Below, in pieces: positions 37,041 to 46,486 of a DNA stretch of 64,000 nucleotides (within the stretch, counting starts at the first letter, position 1; every line of letters starts with the position of its first letter). The notes under the pieces were generated by a model that saw nothing but the letters and a program-made list of their open reading frames with translations, was not told the origin of the DNA and ran no database searches. Source of the DNA: Bdellovibrionales bacterium (lineage in GTDB: Bacteria > Bdellovibrionota > Bdellovibrionia > Bdellovibrionales > UBA1609); assembly GCA_019637855.1 (NCBI GenBank), contig JAHBUX010000003.1:133431-197430 (forward strand), given 5' to 3'. The position numbers were made by a program, and so were the translations under genes.

Positions 37041-38554
37041 CAGAACAAGCTTCCACCCAGACGCAAGCGCGAAACCACCTGCGGCAATAGAGCACGCAAA
37101 TCCGACGCCGTCATTGACGACTTGTCGTTGCCTGAACGCACCCACTCATCGGCCAAGCGGCCGTGCAGATAGGCTGCCGTCCCCGTCGCTTGCGGAGTAT
37201 CCAACCCCTGCGCCAAGAGACCGCCGATCATGCCGGTCAGAACATCTCCGGTCCCCGCTTTGGCCAAAGCCGCATTGCCCGCATGCACGATCATGCAACG
37301 CTGGCCATAGGCGATCAGACTGCGAAAGCCCTTTAAAAGCACGTGGCACTTCGCTTTTTCATAGGCCGCAAAGGCAGCCTGAAAGCGGTCACGCTCAATG
37401 TCTTGAACATGGACTTTCAAAATACGCGACAGTTCACCGGCGTGCGGAGTGATCACCCAGTTCTCCGGCAAAGGAAACAATCCGTGGTCCACACAGGCAT
37501 CTAGCGCATCGGCGTCTACCACCACGGGCACGCCCTGAAGCCCCTTCAAACGCTCAATCACTTCGGCTGTCGCCTTACCCGATCCCAGGCCGGGGCCGAT
37601 GCACACGGCGGAGATCTTTCCGCGCCATAGTTTATCGTCATTCACCTGCGCCGTCAGAACCTCGGGAACTTCACGCAAAGATTCATAGGGGGCTTCGAAG
37701 CTGGCCCAGGTCACATAGCCCGCACCCACGCGAAAGGCGCTGCTTGACGCCAGTATACCCGCGCCCCACAAGCCGGGACTGCCAGCAATCACCAGAAGGC
37801 GGCCATGATCCGATTTGTTCGAGGTCTCTTTGCGCACCGGCAAATAGCGGCGCACCAAACGCTCAGTAAACAAAAAATGACTAGTGGCGATGCCGCGCAA
37901 AGCTTCATAGGGAAAACCAATGGGCAACACGCGCAGTTTACCGATATGCGCAGGGCCTTCGCTGACAAAAAATCCCGGTTTAGCCAGACCGAAAGTGACG
38001 GTCATTGAAGCCTTCACCGCCGCCCCTTCCACACGCCCCGTACCACAGTTCAAGCCTGAGGGCGTATCGAGAGCCACCTTGGGCGCCTTGGCCGAATTCA
38101 TAACTTCGATCACTTTTAAATAGGGCTCCGTGATCTGACCACTAAAGCCGATGCCAAAAACACCATCGACGATCAACTCGGCCGATTTGATCTGCTCCAC
38201 GCGTTCTGGAATTTCCAACAAATCCACACAGCGGATGCCTTGCAGCTCGCAACGCTGTCTTTGCAGCTTAAACAAGGCCGATTGTTTTTCGGGCGGCGCG
38301 ACCAGATAGATTTGCAGATCGCGAAAGCCGGCCGAATGCAGGTGGCGCGCCACCACTAAGGCATCACCGCCATTGTTGCCAGGGCCACAAACAACCGCCA
38401 CCGACCCGCGCGTCAGCTCGGGCAAATAGGTGAGGTCGATCTCGCGTGTGGCCAGTGCGCCCGCCGATTCCATCAATGACTCCCCGGTCAATCCGTAAAC
38501 GGACTGCGAGATCTCATCGATCTGACGGGCCTGGCCAACCGTGGCTAAACGCAT
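37040..38554 (-). CDS. nnr: Bifunctional NAD(P)H-hydrate repair enzyme Nnr (YjeF epimerase + ADP-dependent dehydratase)
   Basis: 504 aa. N-domain motif GPGNNGGDALV. C-domain carbohydrate-kinase motifs DADAL and KAGTGDVLTG. Confidence 0.9.
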   Translation of the reverse strand: MRLATVGQARQIDEISQSVYGLTGESLMESAGALATREIDLTYLPELTRGSVAVVCGPGNNGGDALVVARHLHSAGFRDLQIYLVAPPEKQSALFKLQRQRCELQGIRCVDLLEIPERVEQIKSAELIVDGVFGIGFSGQITEPYLKVIEVMNSAKAPKVALDTPSGLNCGTGRVEGAAVKASMTVTFGLAKPGFFVSEGPAHIGKLRVLPIGFPYEALRGIATSHFLFTERLVRRYLPVRKETSNKSDHGRLLVIAGSPGLWGAGILASSSAFRVGAGYVTWASFEAPYESLREVPEVLTAQVNDDKLWRGKISAVCIGPGLGSGKATAEVIERLKGLQGVPVVVDADALDACVDHGLFPLPENWVITPHAGELSRILKVHVQDIERDRFQAAFAAYEKAKCHVLLKGFRSLIAYGQRCMIVHAGNAALAKAGTGDVLTGMIGGLLAQGLDTPQATGTAAYLHGRLADEWVRSGNDKSSMTASDLRALLPQVVSRLRLGGSLF

Positions 38555-38557
38555 GCA

Positions 38558-39916
38558 CTAACTCAATTCGGTTTGTAGGAACTTGGAAATCTGTTCGGCC
38601 AGACGGCTGATCTGTGACTTGTCCCGTCCTTCGACCAAAACGCGAATCACAGGCTCGGTGCCCGAAAAACGCACGAAAATTCGGCCTTCGCCCTTGAGCT
38701 GGGCCTCGGCGTTTTCAATCAGCTTCGTGTAACCATTAAGGCTCGAGAGCTCTTTGCGTGCACCGACCCGTGTGTTGATCAACACCTGAGGGACGTCCTC
38801 CATGGTGCTCTTCAGCTGCGAGAGCGAGCGGTTTTCGCTGCGCATGACCGCAAGCACGCGCAAGGCGGCCACACAGCCATCGCCGGTGGTGGAGTGAGAC
38901 ATATGAATGATGTGACCACTCTGCTCGCCGCCGAGCGAGTAGCCGTTTTGGCGCATGGCCTCGACCACATTTTTGTCACCTACATCGGTGCGCACCACGT
39001 AAATGCCATGTTTTTTCATAGCGTGATCCAGGCCGACGTTACTCATCTGGGTAGCCACAATCGTGTTCTGCGGGAGCATTTGATTTTTAGCCAAGTGAAT
39101 CGCACATACCGCCAAGATATGATCGCCGTTCACGATCTCACCGCGATCGTCGACCATGATCACACGATCACCGTCGCCGTCTAAGCTAATACCCACATCG
39201 GCGCGATACTTCAAAACCGCCTCACACACCCGCTCAGGGTGAAGGGCACCGGCCTTGTCGTTAATGTTGTAGCCGTCCGGTTCATCTCCAATCACCACCA
39301 CGTCGGCGCCAAGCTCAGAGAAGATCGCCGGCGCCACCTTGTAGGCCGCACCATTGGCGCAGTCCAAAACAATGCGCATGCCTTCCAAAGAAGAGTTGAG
39401 AGGAAAAGCGTTTTTCACATAAACAATATAGCGGCCAGCCGCATCGTCAATGCGACGGGTGCGCCCGATGGTATCGCCTGAGGCCAGCTGCATACCGCCT
39501 TCTTCGACAAGACGCTCGATCTCGCGCTCTTGCGCATCGGGAATTTTAAAACCATCGGCGCCAAAGATCTTAATGCCGTTGTCATTGTAAGGATTGTGCG
39601 AGGCCGAAATCAAAAGCCCCGCATCCACACGCATATTACGCGCTAAAAAGCCAATTCCCGGCGTGGGCAGCGGACCCGTCAGCTGCACATTCACACCCAT
39701 CGAATTCAACCCACTGGCCAAGGCTTGCTCAAGCATATAGCCAGAAAGCCGGGTATCCTTGCCAATCAAGACCGTACGACGGTTGGCTTGACGGCCCGGC
39801 ATCTTCTTAAGCAAAACACCCAAGGCCTGCCCCACCTTCAACACCACGTCGGGTGTCATGGGGAATTTATTGGCCTCACCGCGAATACCATCGGTTCCAA
39901 ACAAACGTTTAGCCAT
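38558..39916 (-). CDS. glmM: Phosphoglucosamine mutase GlmM
   Basis: 452 aa. N-terminus RLFGTDGIRG, phosphoserine loop ISASHNPYNDNGIK, metal loop SLDGDGDR and GGEQSGH. Confidence 0.95.
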   Translation of the reverse strand: MAKRLFGTDGIRGEANKFPMTPDVVLKVGQALGVLLKKMPGRQANRRTVLIGKDTRLSGYMLEQALASGLNSMGVNVQLTGPLPTPGIGFLARNMRVDAGLLISASHNPYNDNGIKIFGADGFKIPDAQEREIERLVEEGGMQLASGDTIGRTRRIDDAAGRYIVYVKNAFPLNSSLEGMRIVLDCANGAAYKVAPAIFSELGADVVVIGDEPDGYNINDKAGALHPERVCEAVLKYRADVGISLDGDGDRVIMVDDRGEIVNGDHILAVCAIHLAKNQMLPQNTIVATQMSNVGLDHAMKKHGIYVVRTDVGDKNVVEAMRQNGYSLGGEQSGHIIHMSHSTTGDGCVAALRVLAVMRSENRSLSQLKSTMEDVPQVLINTRVGARKELSSLNGYTKLIENAEAQLKGEGRIFVRFSGTEPVIRVLVEGRDKSQISRLAEQISKFLQTELS

Positions 39917-40306
39917 CTACTTCTCCTCCGCCGGGCGCGCTTGGCGGATCTGCACAGTGAACGAGTCCGGTGAGATGCTCAAGACCTTGGCGCCAATGGG
40001 AAGGTTCAAACCTTCGCGACTGAGTTGCACCACTTGGCGACCGGGTTGAGCCGAGGTCAGGTCCAAAGTGAACACCGGATTCAATTGATTGAGTTTTTTC
40101 AAAGCCACGCGCGGACCGGCCACCTCGACGGTTACCACCTGCGGGATCTGCGTGGTCATTTCAAGATTCGATCCGAGCAGGACCTCCAACCGGAAGTCCT
40201 TGTTCAAAGTGGTGTCTTTGCGTCCCAGCATCGACATCCACAGAATCACCGCCACACCCAAAGCCACGAACTTATAACTGAGATTGTCGGACACACGCCA
40301 ATTCAT
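39917..40306 (-). CDS. cdaR: Short YbbR-domain protein (minimal CdaR-like, one TM + one YbbR-type repeat)
   Basis: 129 aa. Has an N-terminal TM helix (FVALGVAVILWMSML), then a beta-rich segment of YbbR type (VPVEV-like: IPQVVTVEVAGPRVAL...PDSFTVQI). It lies between cdaA and glmM, as in the conserved cdaA-cdaR-glmM cluster. Assignment is mainly positional. Confidence 0.6.
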   Translation of the reverse strand: MNWRVSDNLSYKFVALGVAVILWMSMLGRKDTTLNKDFRLEVLLGSNLEMTTQIPQVVTVEVAGPRVALKKLNQLNPVFTLDLTSAQPGRQVVQLSREGLNLPIGAKVLSISPDSFTVQIRQARPAEEK

Positions 40307-41115
40307 ACCTGCACCACCCGCTCGCGCTCGAGCTTCTTCGACAGACCATACAGTTCATACAACGTCTGACGAATCGCCAAGTGATCCATGTCCATCTGCA
40401 AGATGCCCGAATGCGCAATGCCGACGGAGCGATTCTCTTCGCTCACCACAAACACATAGGCGTCGGTCTCTTCGGTCAAGCCAATGGCCGCGCGATGACG
40501 CGTGCCCAGATTCTTATCGAGCGCGGAGTTCTTACTGAGCGGCAAGAAGCAGCCCGCCGAAACCAAACGCCCTTGGCGAATCAGCACCGCGCCATCGTGC
40601 AAAGGCGCTGCGGGATGAAAGATCGACTGAATCAGCTCGCTAGTGACTTCCGCGTTGATGGGTCGACCTTCCTCGATGAAATAATCCAAAGAGATTTCGC
40701 GCTCGACCACAACCAGTGCGCCAAAGCCGCGCTGAGCACAGGCCACCAAACCCTTGGCCAACTCCTCAATCATGTAGGTCTCTTCCGCCTGACTGCTGCC
40801 GCTTAAGAACGGATTGCTTCCGATCTGAGCCAGAGCCCGACGAATCTCACCCTGAAACAAGATCACCACGATCACAAACAGGTTGGAGAAGAATTTTTCA
40901 AGAATGTAGTTGAAGGTGATGAGCTCAAGCCAGATCGACAACATGTAGGCGATGGCCAGAATGCCGAGACCCGAGAGAATCTGCACGGCGCCGGATTTTT
41001 TGATGAGCAAGAGAATGCGGTACACCACCAGCCATACCAGAAACAGATCGACAAAGTCCTGCACCCGCAATTGCGTGAACAGGCCATGCCAGTTGTTCCA
41101 TATGCTGCTAATCAC
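40303..41115 (-). CDS. cdaA: Diadenylate cyclase CdaA (membrane-anchored DAC domain)
   Basis: 270 aa. Three N-terminal TM helices, then DAC motifs GALVVVER, HDGAVLIR and GTRHRAAIG. Confidence 0.92.
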   Translation of the reverse strand: MISSIWNNWHGLFTQLRVQDFVDLFLVWLVVYRILLLIKKSGAVQILSGLGILAIAYMLSIWLELITFNYILEKFFSNLFVIVVILFQGEIRRALAQIGSNPFLSGSSQAEETYMIEELAKGLVACAQRGFGALVVVEREISLDYFIEEGRPINAEVTSELIQSIFHPAAPLHDGAVLIRQGRLVSAGCFLPLSKNSALDKNLGTRHRAAIGLTEETDAYVFVVSEENRSVGIAHSGILQMDMDHLAIRQTLYELYGLSKKLERERVVQV

Positions 41116-41157
41116 CGCTGTCTCCCACCCACGTTCTGTTAACGGCTTACCTAAAAT

Positions 41158-43173
41158 TTATGCAGTTACAGGACCCGATTGACCGACCGGATCACTTCCT
41201 CCACCAGAACCCTGCTGGGCTTTCTTGGCGGCGGCGGCAGCGCGATCCAGTTTCTCTTGCGCTTCCGCAACCTGTTTACGATCGCGCTCGACTTGCTCTT
41301 TTTTGGTGTCGCGCAGTTTTTTGAGTTCTTCCAATGAGCCGCCCTGAACTAAAAGATTCACTTCATCGGCATCGATGGTTTCGAACTCAAGCAGCGCTCC
41401 TGCCATATTGTGCAGAACTTGCATATTGTCGCCCAAGATCTTCAGCGCCACCTCGTGACCTTCATTGATCAAGCGATAAACTTCGGCGTCGATCTCCTGT
41501 GCCTTCGACTCGGAGTAGTCGCGGCTCGACGACTGCTGCATGCCCAAGAACACCGGGCCTTCGCGCTTTTCATAGGCCAGCGGACCCAGCTTCTCACTCA
41601 TGCCCCATTCGCACACCATCCGGCGGGCGATCTCGGTGGCTTTCTCGATATCGTTGCCGGCACCGGTCGTGTAGTCCTTGAACACCAGTTCTTCCGCCGC
41701 CCGTCCCCCAAAAGAGAACGCGATCAAATTGGTGGCCTTGCTCTTGGTGAGACTGAGCTGGTCGTCTTCCGGTAAAGTCATCGTCAGACCAAGCGCCATA
41801 CCACGCGGGATAATGGTCACCTTGTGTACCGGGTCCAATCCGGGCAAAGAGCGACCGACGATGGCGTGACCGGCTTCATGATAGGCCGTTAAGCGTTTCT
41901 CTTTCTCGCTGATCACCATCGACTTGCGCTCGGAACCCATCAGGACTTTGTCTTTGGCTTTTTCGAAATCTTCCATCTCCAAGCGCGCTTTGTTCTCACG
42001 CGCGGCCTGTAAAGCCGCTTCGTTCACCAAGTTTTCCAAATCCGCACCGGAAAAACCGGGGGTTCCGCGAGCCACACGGGCCAGATCCACGTCGTTGGCC
42101 ATGGGCGTGCGACGGGTGTGCACTTTCAAAATCTCTTCGCGGCCCTTTAAATCAGGTTTGTTGACCACCACACGACGGTCGAAACGACCCGGTCGCAACA
42201 AGGCCGGATCCAAAACGTCAGGACGGTTAGTGGCGGCGATCAAGATCACGCCGTCGTTGGATTCAAAACCATCCATCTCAACCAGCAACTGATTGAGCGT
42301 TTGTTCGCGTTCATCATGACCGCCGCCCATACCGGCGCCGCGATGGCGTCCAACCGCATCGATCTCATCGATAAAGATCAAGCACGGGGCGTTTTTCTTT
42401 CCTTGCTCGAACAGGTCGCGCACGCGGGACGCGCCCACACCAACGAACATCTCAACGAAGTCCGAGCCCGAAATGGTAAAGAACGGCACATTGGCCTCGC
42501 CGGCCACAGCCCGCGCCAACAGTGTCTTACCCGTGCCCGGGTGACCTACGAGCAGCACGCCCTTCGGAATACGGCCGCCGAGTTTGGTGAATTTTTTTGG
42601 ATCTTTGAGGAATTCAACGATCTCGCGCAACTCTTGTTTAGCTTCTTCAACACCGGCCACATCTTTGAACGTGACGCGATTTTTATTCTCGGTCAGCAGG
42701 CGCGCGCGGCTCTTGCCAAAGGCCATGGCCTTACCGCCACCGACCTGAATCTGGCGCATAAAGAACATGAACATGGCGATGATGATGATCAGCGGCAACC
42801 AGTTCAGCAGCACGCTGGCCATAAACGAGTTGTCTGAGTTAACGAACGAAGGAGTGATCTTACGCTCCACTAAAGCGTCATAGCCCTTTTCGCCGGGAGG
42901 AGCTTTCACTTTAAACTGTTTTGCTCCGCCATTGGCTTTGCTGCCGGCATCGTTGAAGTGGCCTTCGATCTCGCCGTTTGAGGTGTTCATCACGAAGCTG
43001 TCTTTGTCGACCTGCTCGCTTTCGATTGCGGTGATCAGTTGACGCCATTCGAACTTACGGGCGACCTGACTGGCTTGGCGTTCCCAGATATTGAAAAGCA
43101 AAACCGCCAGCACGAAGAGCAGTACCCAAAGAGTCATTGTTTTTGAGGGAGAGCGCATTCGGCGTCCTTTCAA
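41158..43173 (-). CDS. ftsH: ATP-dependent zinc metalloprotease FtsH
   Basis: 671 aa. Walker [19 protein letters not shown], Walker [12 protein letters not shown] region and zinc motif HEAGHAIV. Acidic/Gly-rich C-terminal tail. Confidence 0.97.
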   Translation of the reverse strand: MKGRRMRSPSKTMTLWVLLFVLAVLLFNIWERQASQVARKFEWRQLITAIESEQVDKDSFVMNTSNGEIEGHFNDAGSKANGGAKQFKVKAPPGEKGYDALVERKITPSFVNSDNSFMASVLLNWLPLIIIIAMFMFFMRQIQVGGGKAMAFGKSRARLLTENKNRVTFKDVAGVEEAKQELREIVEFLKDPKKFTKLGGRIPKGVLLVGHPGTGKTLLARAVAGEANVPFFTISGSDFVEMFVGVGASRVRDLFEQGKKNAPCLIFIDEIDAVGRHRGAGMGGGHDEREQTLNQLLVEMDGFESNDGVILIAATNRPDVLDPALLRPGRFDRRVVVNKPDLKGREEILKVHTRRTPMANDVDLARVARGTPGFSGADLENLVNEAALQAARENKARLEMEDFEKAKDKVLMGSERKSMVISEKEKRLTAYHEAGHAIVGRSLPGLDPVHKVTIIPRGMALGLTMTLPEDDQLSLTKSKATNLIAFSFGGRAAEELVFKDYTTGAGNDIEKATEIARRMVCEWGMSEKLGPLAYEKREGPVFLGMQQSSSRDYSESKAQEIDAEVYRLINEGHEVALKILGDNMQVLHNMAGALLEFETIDADEVNLLVQGGSLEELKKLRDTKKEQVERDRKQVAEAQEKLDRAAAAAKKAQQGSGGGSDPVGQSGPVTA

Positions 43174-43210
43174 AGTTTAGTCTTGAGAATAACATTGAAT
43201 AGATTCGATC

Positions 43211-44143
43211 TCAAACTCGACTCGCCCACAGAAGGTCGGGCGTGACACGAAAACGAAAGCCTAGCATGTCGAAGTGAAACTCGCGTCGATTTGTGTCGAG
43301 CCGCTTCAAAATTTCCTCGACGTGCGCACGGCCATAGCCCTGAATCCCCAGCGCGCGCAGGTATTCGGCCACTACGGCTTGCTGACGCGTGAATGAAACA
43401 CGCTGTATATCTTTGCGCCGCAGTCCGACATACTGCCCTAACTGCGTGTCGCCGATGTCCGGAGACAAAATCTCCAGCGAACGACTAAGAGCTTTCAATG
43501 CCCCTTTTTGCTTGCTTTCCAATTTCGGAAGCCATTCCTGCCGCAGCCAGTTGCGCAGCGGCCCGTGCGTGCCGTTGGACGGATCTTCACACCACTCGAG
43601 CTGACGCTCACGCGCATAGAGTTCAAGCTCTTCCCGCGTGACCGAGAGAAGCGGACGCAAAATGGTCGGCGCACGCAGGCGCATGGCGGTGAGTCCTTGC
43701 GCCCCTGACCCGCGGATCAAACGCAGCAAACGAGTTTCCAAAAGATCGTCGCGGTGATGAGCTAAGACGGTGAGATCGTACCCGTAGTGTCGACGCCAGC
43801 GTTCAAGCGTGCCGTGCCGCAAAGCCCTGAGCTCAGCTTCTGAATTCAGAGCGCGCGGCCGCGCTTTCAGAGTGTAAAAACGCAGTCGGTGCGCCTTTGC
43901 CCAAGCCCGCACCTGCGCTTGTGCTTTGGCGCGATAGGCATCCTGCGGAGTGTTCGCAAGGCCGTGGTGAATATGGCCGATGGCCAGTTCCACTCCCAAA
44001 TAACGGCGCCAACGATACAGAATTTCCGCCAGCACCATGGAATCGAGCCCGCCAGAGACCGCGAGCAGCCAGCGCGGCGGCAAGGCTTCGCGTTTCAGGG
44101 CTTTGACCACCCGATGTTCCAATCGCAGGCTCAGCTGACTCAT
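43211..44143 (-). CDS. tilS: tRNA(Ile)-lysidine synthetase TilS (short form)
   Basis: 310 aa. PP-loop LLAVSGGLDSMVL and HHRDDLLET. Lacks the long C-terminal domain of E. coli TilS. Confidence 0.88.
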   Translation of the reverse strand: MSQLSLRLEHRVVKALKREALPPRWLLAVSGGLDSMVLAEILYRWRRYLGVELAIGHIHHGLANTPQDAYRAKAQAQVRAWAKAHRLRFYTLKARPRALNSEAELRALRHGTLERWRRHYGYDLTVLAHHRDDLLETRLLRLIRGSGAQGLTAMRLRAPTILRPLLSVTREELELYARERQLEWCEDPSNGTHGPLRNWLRQEWLPKLESKQKGALKALSRSLEILSPDIGDTQLGQYVGLRRKDIQRVSFTRQQAVVAEYLRALGIQGYGRAHVEEILKRLDTNRREFHFDMLGFRFRVTPDLLWASRV

Positions 44144-44328
44144 TCTGGAACATCTAATACAGCGACTTTGCAGAGTAATTTGGCGCTGCGTTGCGGAGTG
44201 ATCAAAACACCGACACTGAGCGTCTCAGAACGATGCTACGTTACGCGGTAAGTTATTGATATTTCTAGACTCTGCCCTTATGTCGCATGGCCCTATAATT
44301 GCTTTAATAAAGGCCAGGAGGACGCGAT

Positions 44329-45021
44329 ATGCGCCTGATTGCTTTAGGAACCACACTTTTGACCTGTCTCAGCTTGAGCCTGTCCGCCCTGGCTGCTGAG
44401 CGTTCTGTCATTGAAGTGAAGTCGGATTCCTTACGCTTCCTCCAAGATCTGCGTTCGGAAAACGTGAAGCGTCTGAAAGAGATCGATCAAACTTTGTCGC
44501 GCAAAATCGAAGAGGCGACCTCAGCCACTTTGGAAACCGAAGTGGGCAGCCTACGCAGCGCTAAACGCGAACACACTCTGCGCCAGGAATTCCTGGATCG
44601 TTTGATCTTCCAAATCGACACCAAATTTGCCGGCGGTGATTTGCGCGCGTTCTTGGAACGCTCGCTTACCGATATGGCCAAAGTCGACGCTGTTTCATCG
44701 GCAAACGAAACTGGCTTGTGGAAATTTATGAAGTACGCGGCCGATGCCGTACGCCGTTTGCCTGAGAAGAAAGAAAACGTGTTGGCTTTCTTGGAAGGCT
44801 ACATGACCAAGTCGGTTTCCAATCCATTGCGCCCTGAGGACTATCTTTCGGCCCGCAACTACACCAATGGTTCGAAGAGCGAAGAGGGTTCTCCCCTGAG
44901 CCGCGAAGACGTCGGCGCCATCGCCGATCGCCGTCTGCAAGAGTTGAATGAAACCCAGGCTCCGCAGAAAAGCCGCGTCGGTGGACAGCAGGCCCCGGCC
45001 GTAACCGAGACCCTGCGCTAA
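44329..45021 (+). CDS. Secreted hypothetical protein (mostly helical)
   Basis: 230 aa. AGGAGG SD and signal peptide MRLIALGTTLLTCLSLSLSALAAE. No family recognised. Confidence 0.6.
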   Translation: MRLIALGTTLLTCLSLSLSALAAERSVIEVKSDSLRFLQDLRSENVKRLKEIDQTLSRKIEEATSATLETEVGSLRSAKREHTLRQEFLDRLIFQIDTKFAGGDLRAFLERSLTDMAKVDAVSSANETGLWKFMKYAADAVRRLPEKKENVLAFLEGYMTKSVSNPLRPEDYLSARNYTNGSKSEEGSPLSREDVGAIADRRLQELNETQAPQKSRVGGQQAPAVTETLR

Positions 45022-45413
45022 TCTTGAATTTTCACCTTAGTTTTTAAGTGCAAAGCGGAATCACTGGATTCTTTTTTGACCACTTCGATTTCGGCATTGA
45101 TGCGGAACTTGTGTTCTTCCACAAAACGCGACGCCTCTTTTACAAAATCGATTTTAGAAATCAGCTTGATCGTTTCGTTACCGATGCGGTTGAGCAAATC
45201 TTCCTTGCCGCGATTGGCTTGGCTGAGAATCGTACTTAAAACCTCTTTGGGAAGGTTCAAACCGCCAAGCGCGCTGCGCACCGATTCTTCCGTCATAAAC
45301 GCGGCGCCAAGGCCCACGCTCATCACTTTGCGCACCATCTCGCTCCATTTAGGAGCATCTTCTTCTTCACGCTCGTGGTGGCGCTCTTTGTCGTGCGGGT
45401 GTTTTTTATCCAT
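45018..45413 (-). CDS. Hypothetical protein, His/Glu-rich N-terminus; weak resemblance to phasin-like (COG3937-type) proteins
   Basis: 131 aa. Begins MDKKHPHDKERHHEREEED. VRKVMSVGLGAAFMTEESVRSAL resembles the N-terminal motif of COG3937 proteins. This is a resemblance by eye only. Confidence 0.5.
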   Translation of the reverse strand: MDKKHPHDKERHHEREEEDAPKWSEMVRKVMSVGLGAAFMTEESVRSALGGLNLPKEVLSTILSQANRGKEDLLNRIGNETIKLISKIDFVKEASRFVEEHKFRINAEIEVVKKESSDSALHLKTKVKIQD

Positions 45414-45834
45414 ATTTGCTCTTCACACGTTGCTGATAGGCCTTCATCATTCCAGGCAGATTCACATTCACCAAGGCCTTGGCCACCGGGCCCGGAACGA
45501 AGACTTTAAAGGTCGCTTCGACCGCATACTTGGCTTGTGTTTTCCCACCATTGTCGGTCAAGTCCCATGAGCCTAAGGACGTCTTGAACAAGTCACCAGA
45601 ATCGAGCGTCCATGACATACGCTTGGGCGCCTCTTCCGTGACCCAAAGCCGATAACTGAAGGTCTTAATCACGGCGACTTGAAACTCCACTAGCTTTTTA
45701 TTGCCCTTGGTCTCCAAGACTTTGCATTGCTTCACTTCCGTCAGAAATTCCGGATACTTTTCGAAGTCAGAAATAATCGTGAAGAACTGTTCTGGGGTAC
45801 AATTAAATGTCTCAGTGGTCGATGCGGCAGCCAT
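45406..45834 (-). CDS. SRPBCC-superfamily protein (polyketide cyclase/dehydrase, RatA/COQ10-like)
   Basis: 142 aa. FNCTPEQFFTIISDFEKYPEFLTEVKQCKVLE...LVEFQVAV...SWTLDSGDLFKTSLGSWDL follows the SRPBCC/START-like pattern. 8-nt overlap with the downstream gene. Confidence 0.65.
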   Translation of the reverse strand: MAAASTTETFNCTPEQFFTIISDFEKYPEFLTEVKQCKVLETKGNKKLVEFQVAVIKTFSYRLWVTEEAPKRMSWTLDSGDLFKTSLGSWDLTDNGGKTQAKYAVEATFKVFVPGPVAKALVNVNLPGMMKAYQQRVKSKYG

Positions 45835-45843
45835 AACTCTCCA

Positions 45844-46257
45844 TTACTTAAACTGGCACTGTCTGAGAGATACGATAATACGATCTAGCTCGTTGGCCAA
45901 CAGTTCCGAATTGTCGAAGGCCAAATTAGTGATGTTGGAGATTTGCTCCGCACCGCTTTGCAGAGGTTGAAACGTGTCGGCTGGAATGGCTTGAGTCGTC
46001 CCCTCCAACGGCTGTAAAAGCGAATACCAGTTCATCACCCTCTCCACCACTTGGCTCAAGAAACCCGACACGCTCTGGTCATGGCTGCGGGCCATGTTGT
46101 TGTAGTCCACCAGGCGATCGGCGATTTCCGCGCAAGCGTAGTTGGAGCCATCTTCTTTATTGATGGGCAAACGGTCGGTCGGCGCCTCAGGTAGAGGTTC
46201 GAGCGTGAGTGCATGAACGTTGAGCGAGAAAAACAGCAATAAAAGCGTACGGATCAT
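45844..46257 (-). CDS. Small secreted hypothetical protein
   Basis: 137 aa. Signal peptide MIRTLLLLFFSLNVHALT and two Cys. No family recognised. Confidence 0.55.
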   Translation of the reverse strand: MIRTLLLLFFSLNVHALTLEPLPEAPTDRLPINKEDGSNYACAEIADRLVDYNNMARSHDQSVSGFLSQVVERVMNWYSLLQPLEGTTQAIPADTFQPLQSGAEQISNITNLAFDNSELLANELDRIIVSLRQCQFK

Positions 46258-46411
46258 AACTACCCCCGTTAACGGATTTAGGCCCCAGCCGATGGGGAGT
46301 CAAGGCACCCACCCTCTATATATTGCGGGCCAATCGCCGCCGAAATTGCGCTTCAAAGCCAAGCTTTGTCACCGCTTGGGGCCTGGCAGCGAATTTAATG
46401 GGGGCCGAGCA

Positions 46412-46427
46412 TGGTCACCCCCTTGCA
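46412..46427 (+). promoter_or_regulatory. Candidate sigma-54 (-24/-12) promoter upstream of the vWA lipoprotein gene
   Basis: TGGTCAcccccTTGCA has GG and GC separated by exactly 10 nt with a perfect TTGCA -12 element. The -24 element is imperfect (TGGTCA vs TGGCAC). It lies 60 nt upstream of ATG 46487. Motif match only. Confidence 0.25.
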
Positions 46428-46486
46428 TTTTTTGCCCTATCGGAGCTCCCCCTGATTTAGGGGACGGCTCTATTTATGAGGTAGTT

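Noticed and set aside
46220-46486. Upstream 89 codons of the 919-aa ORF.
   Set aside because: This part has no signal peptide and overlaps the divergent gene's start region. An internal ATG at 46487 with a GAGG SD yields a canonical lipoprotein signal (LAGC).
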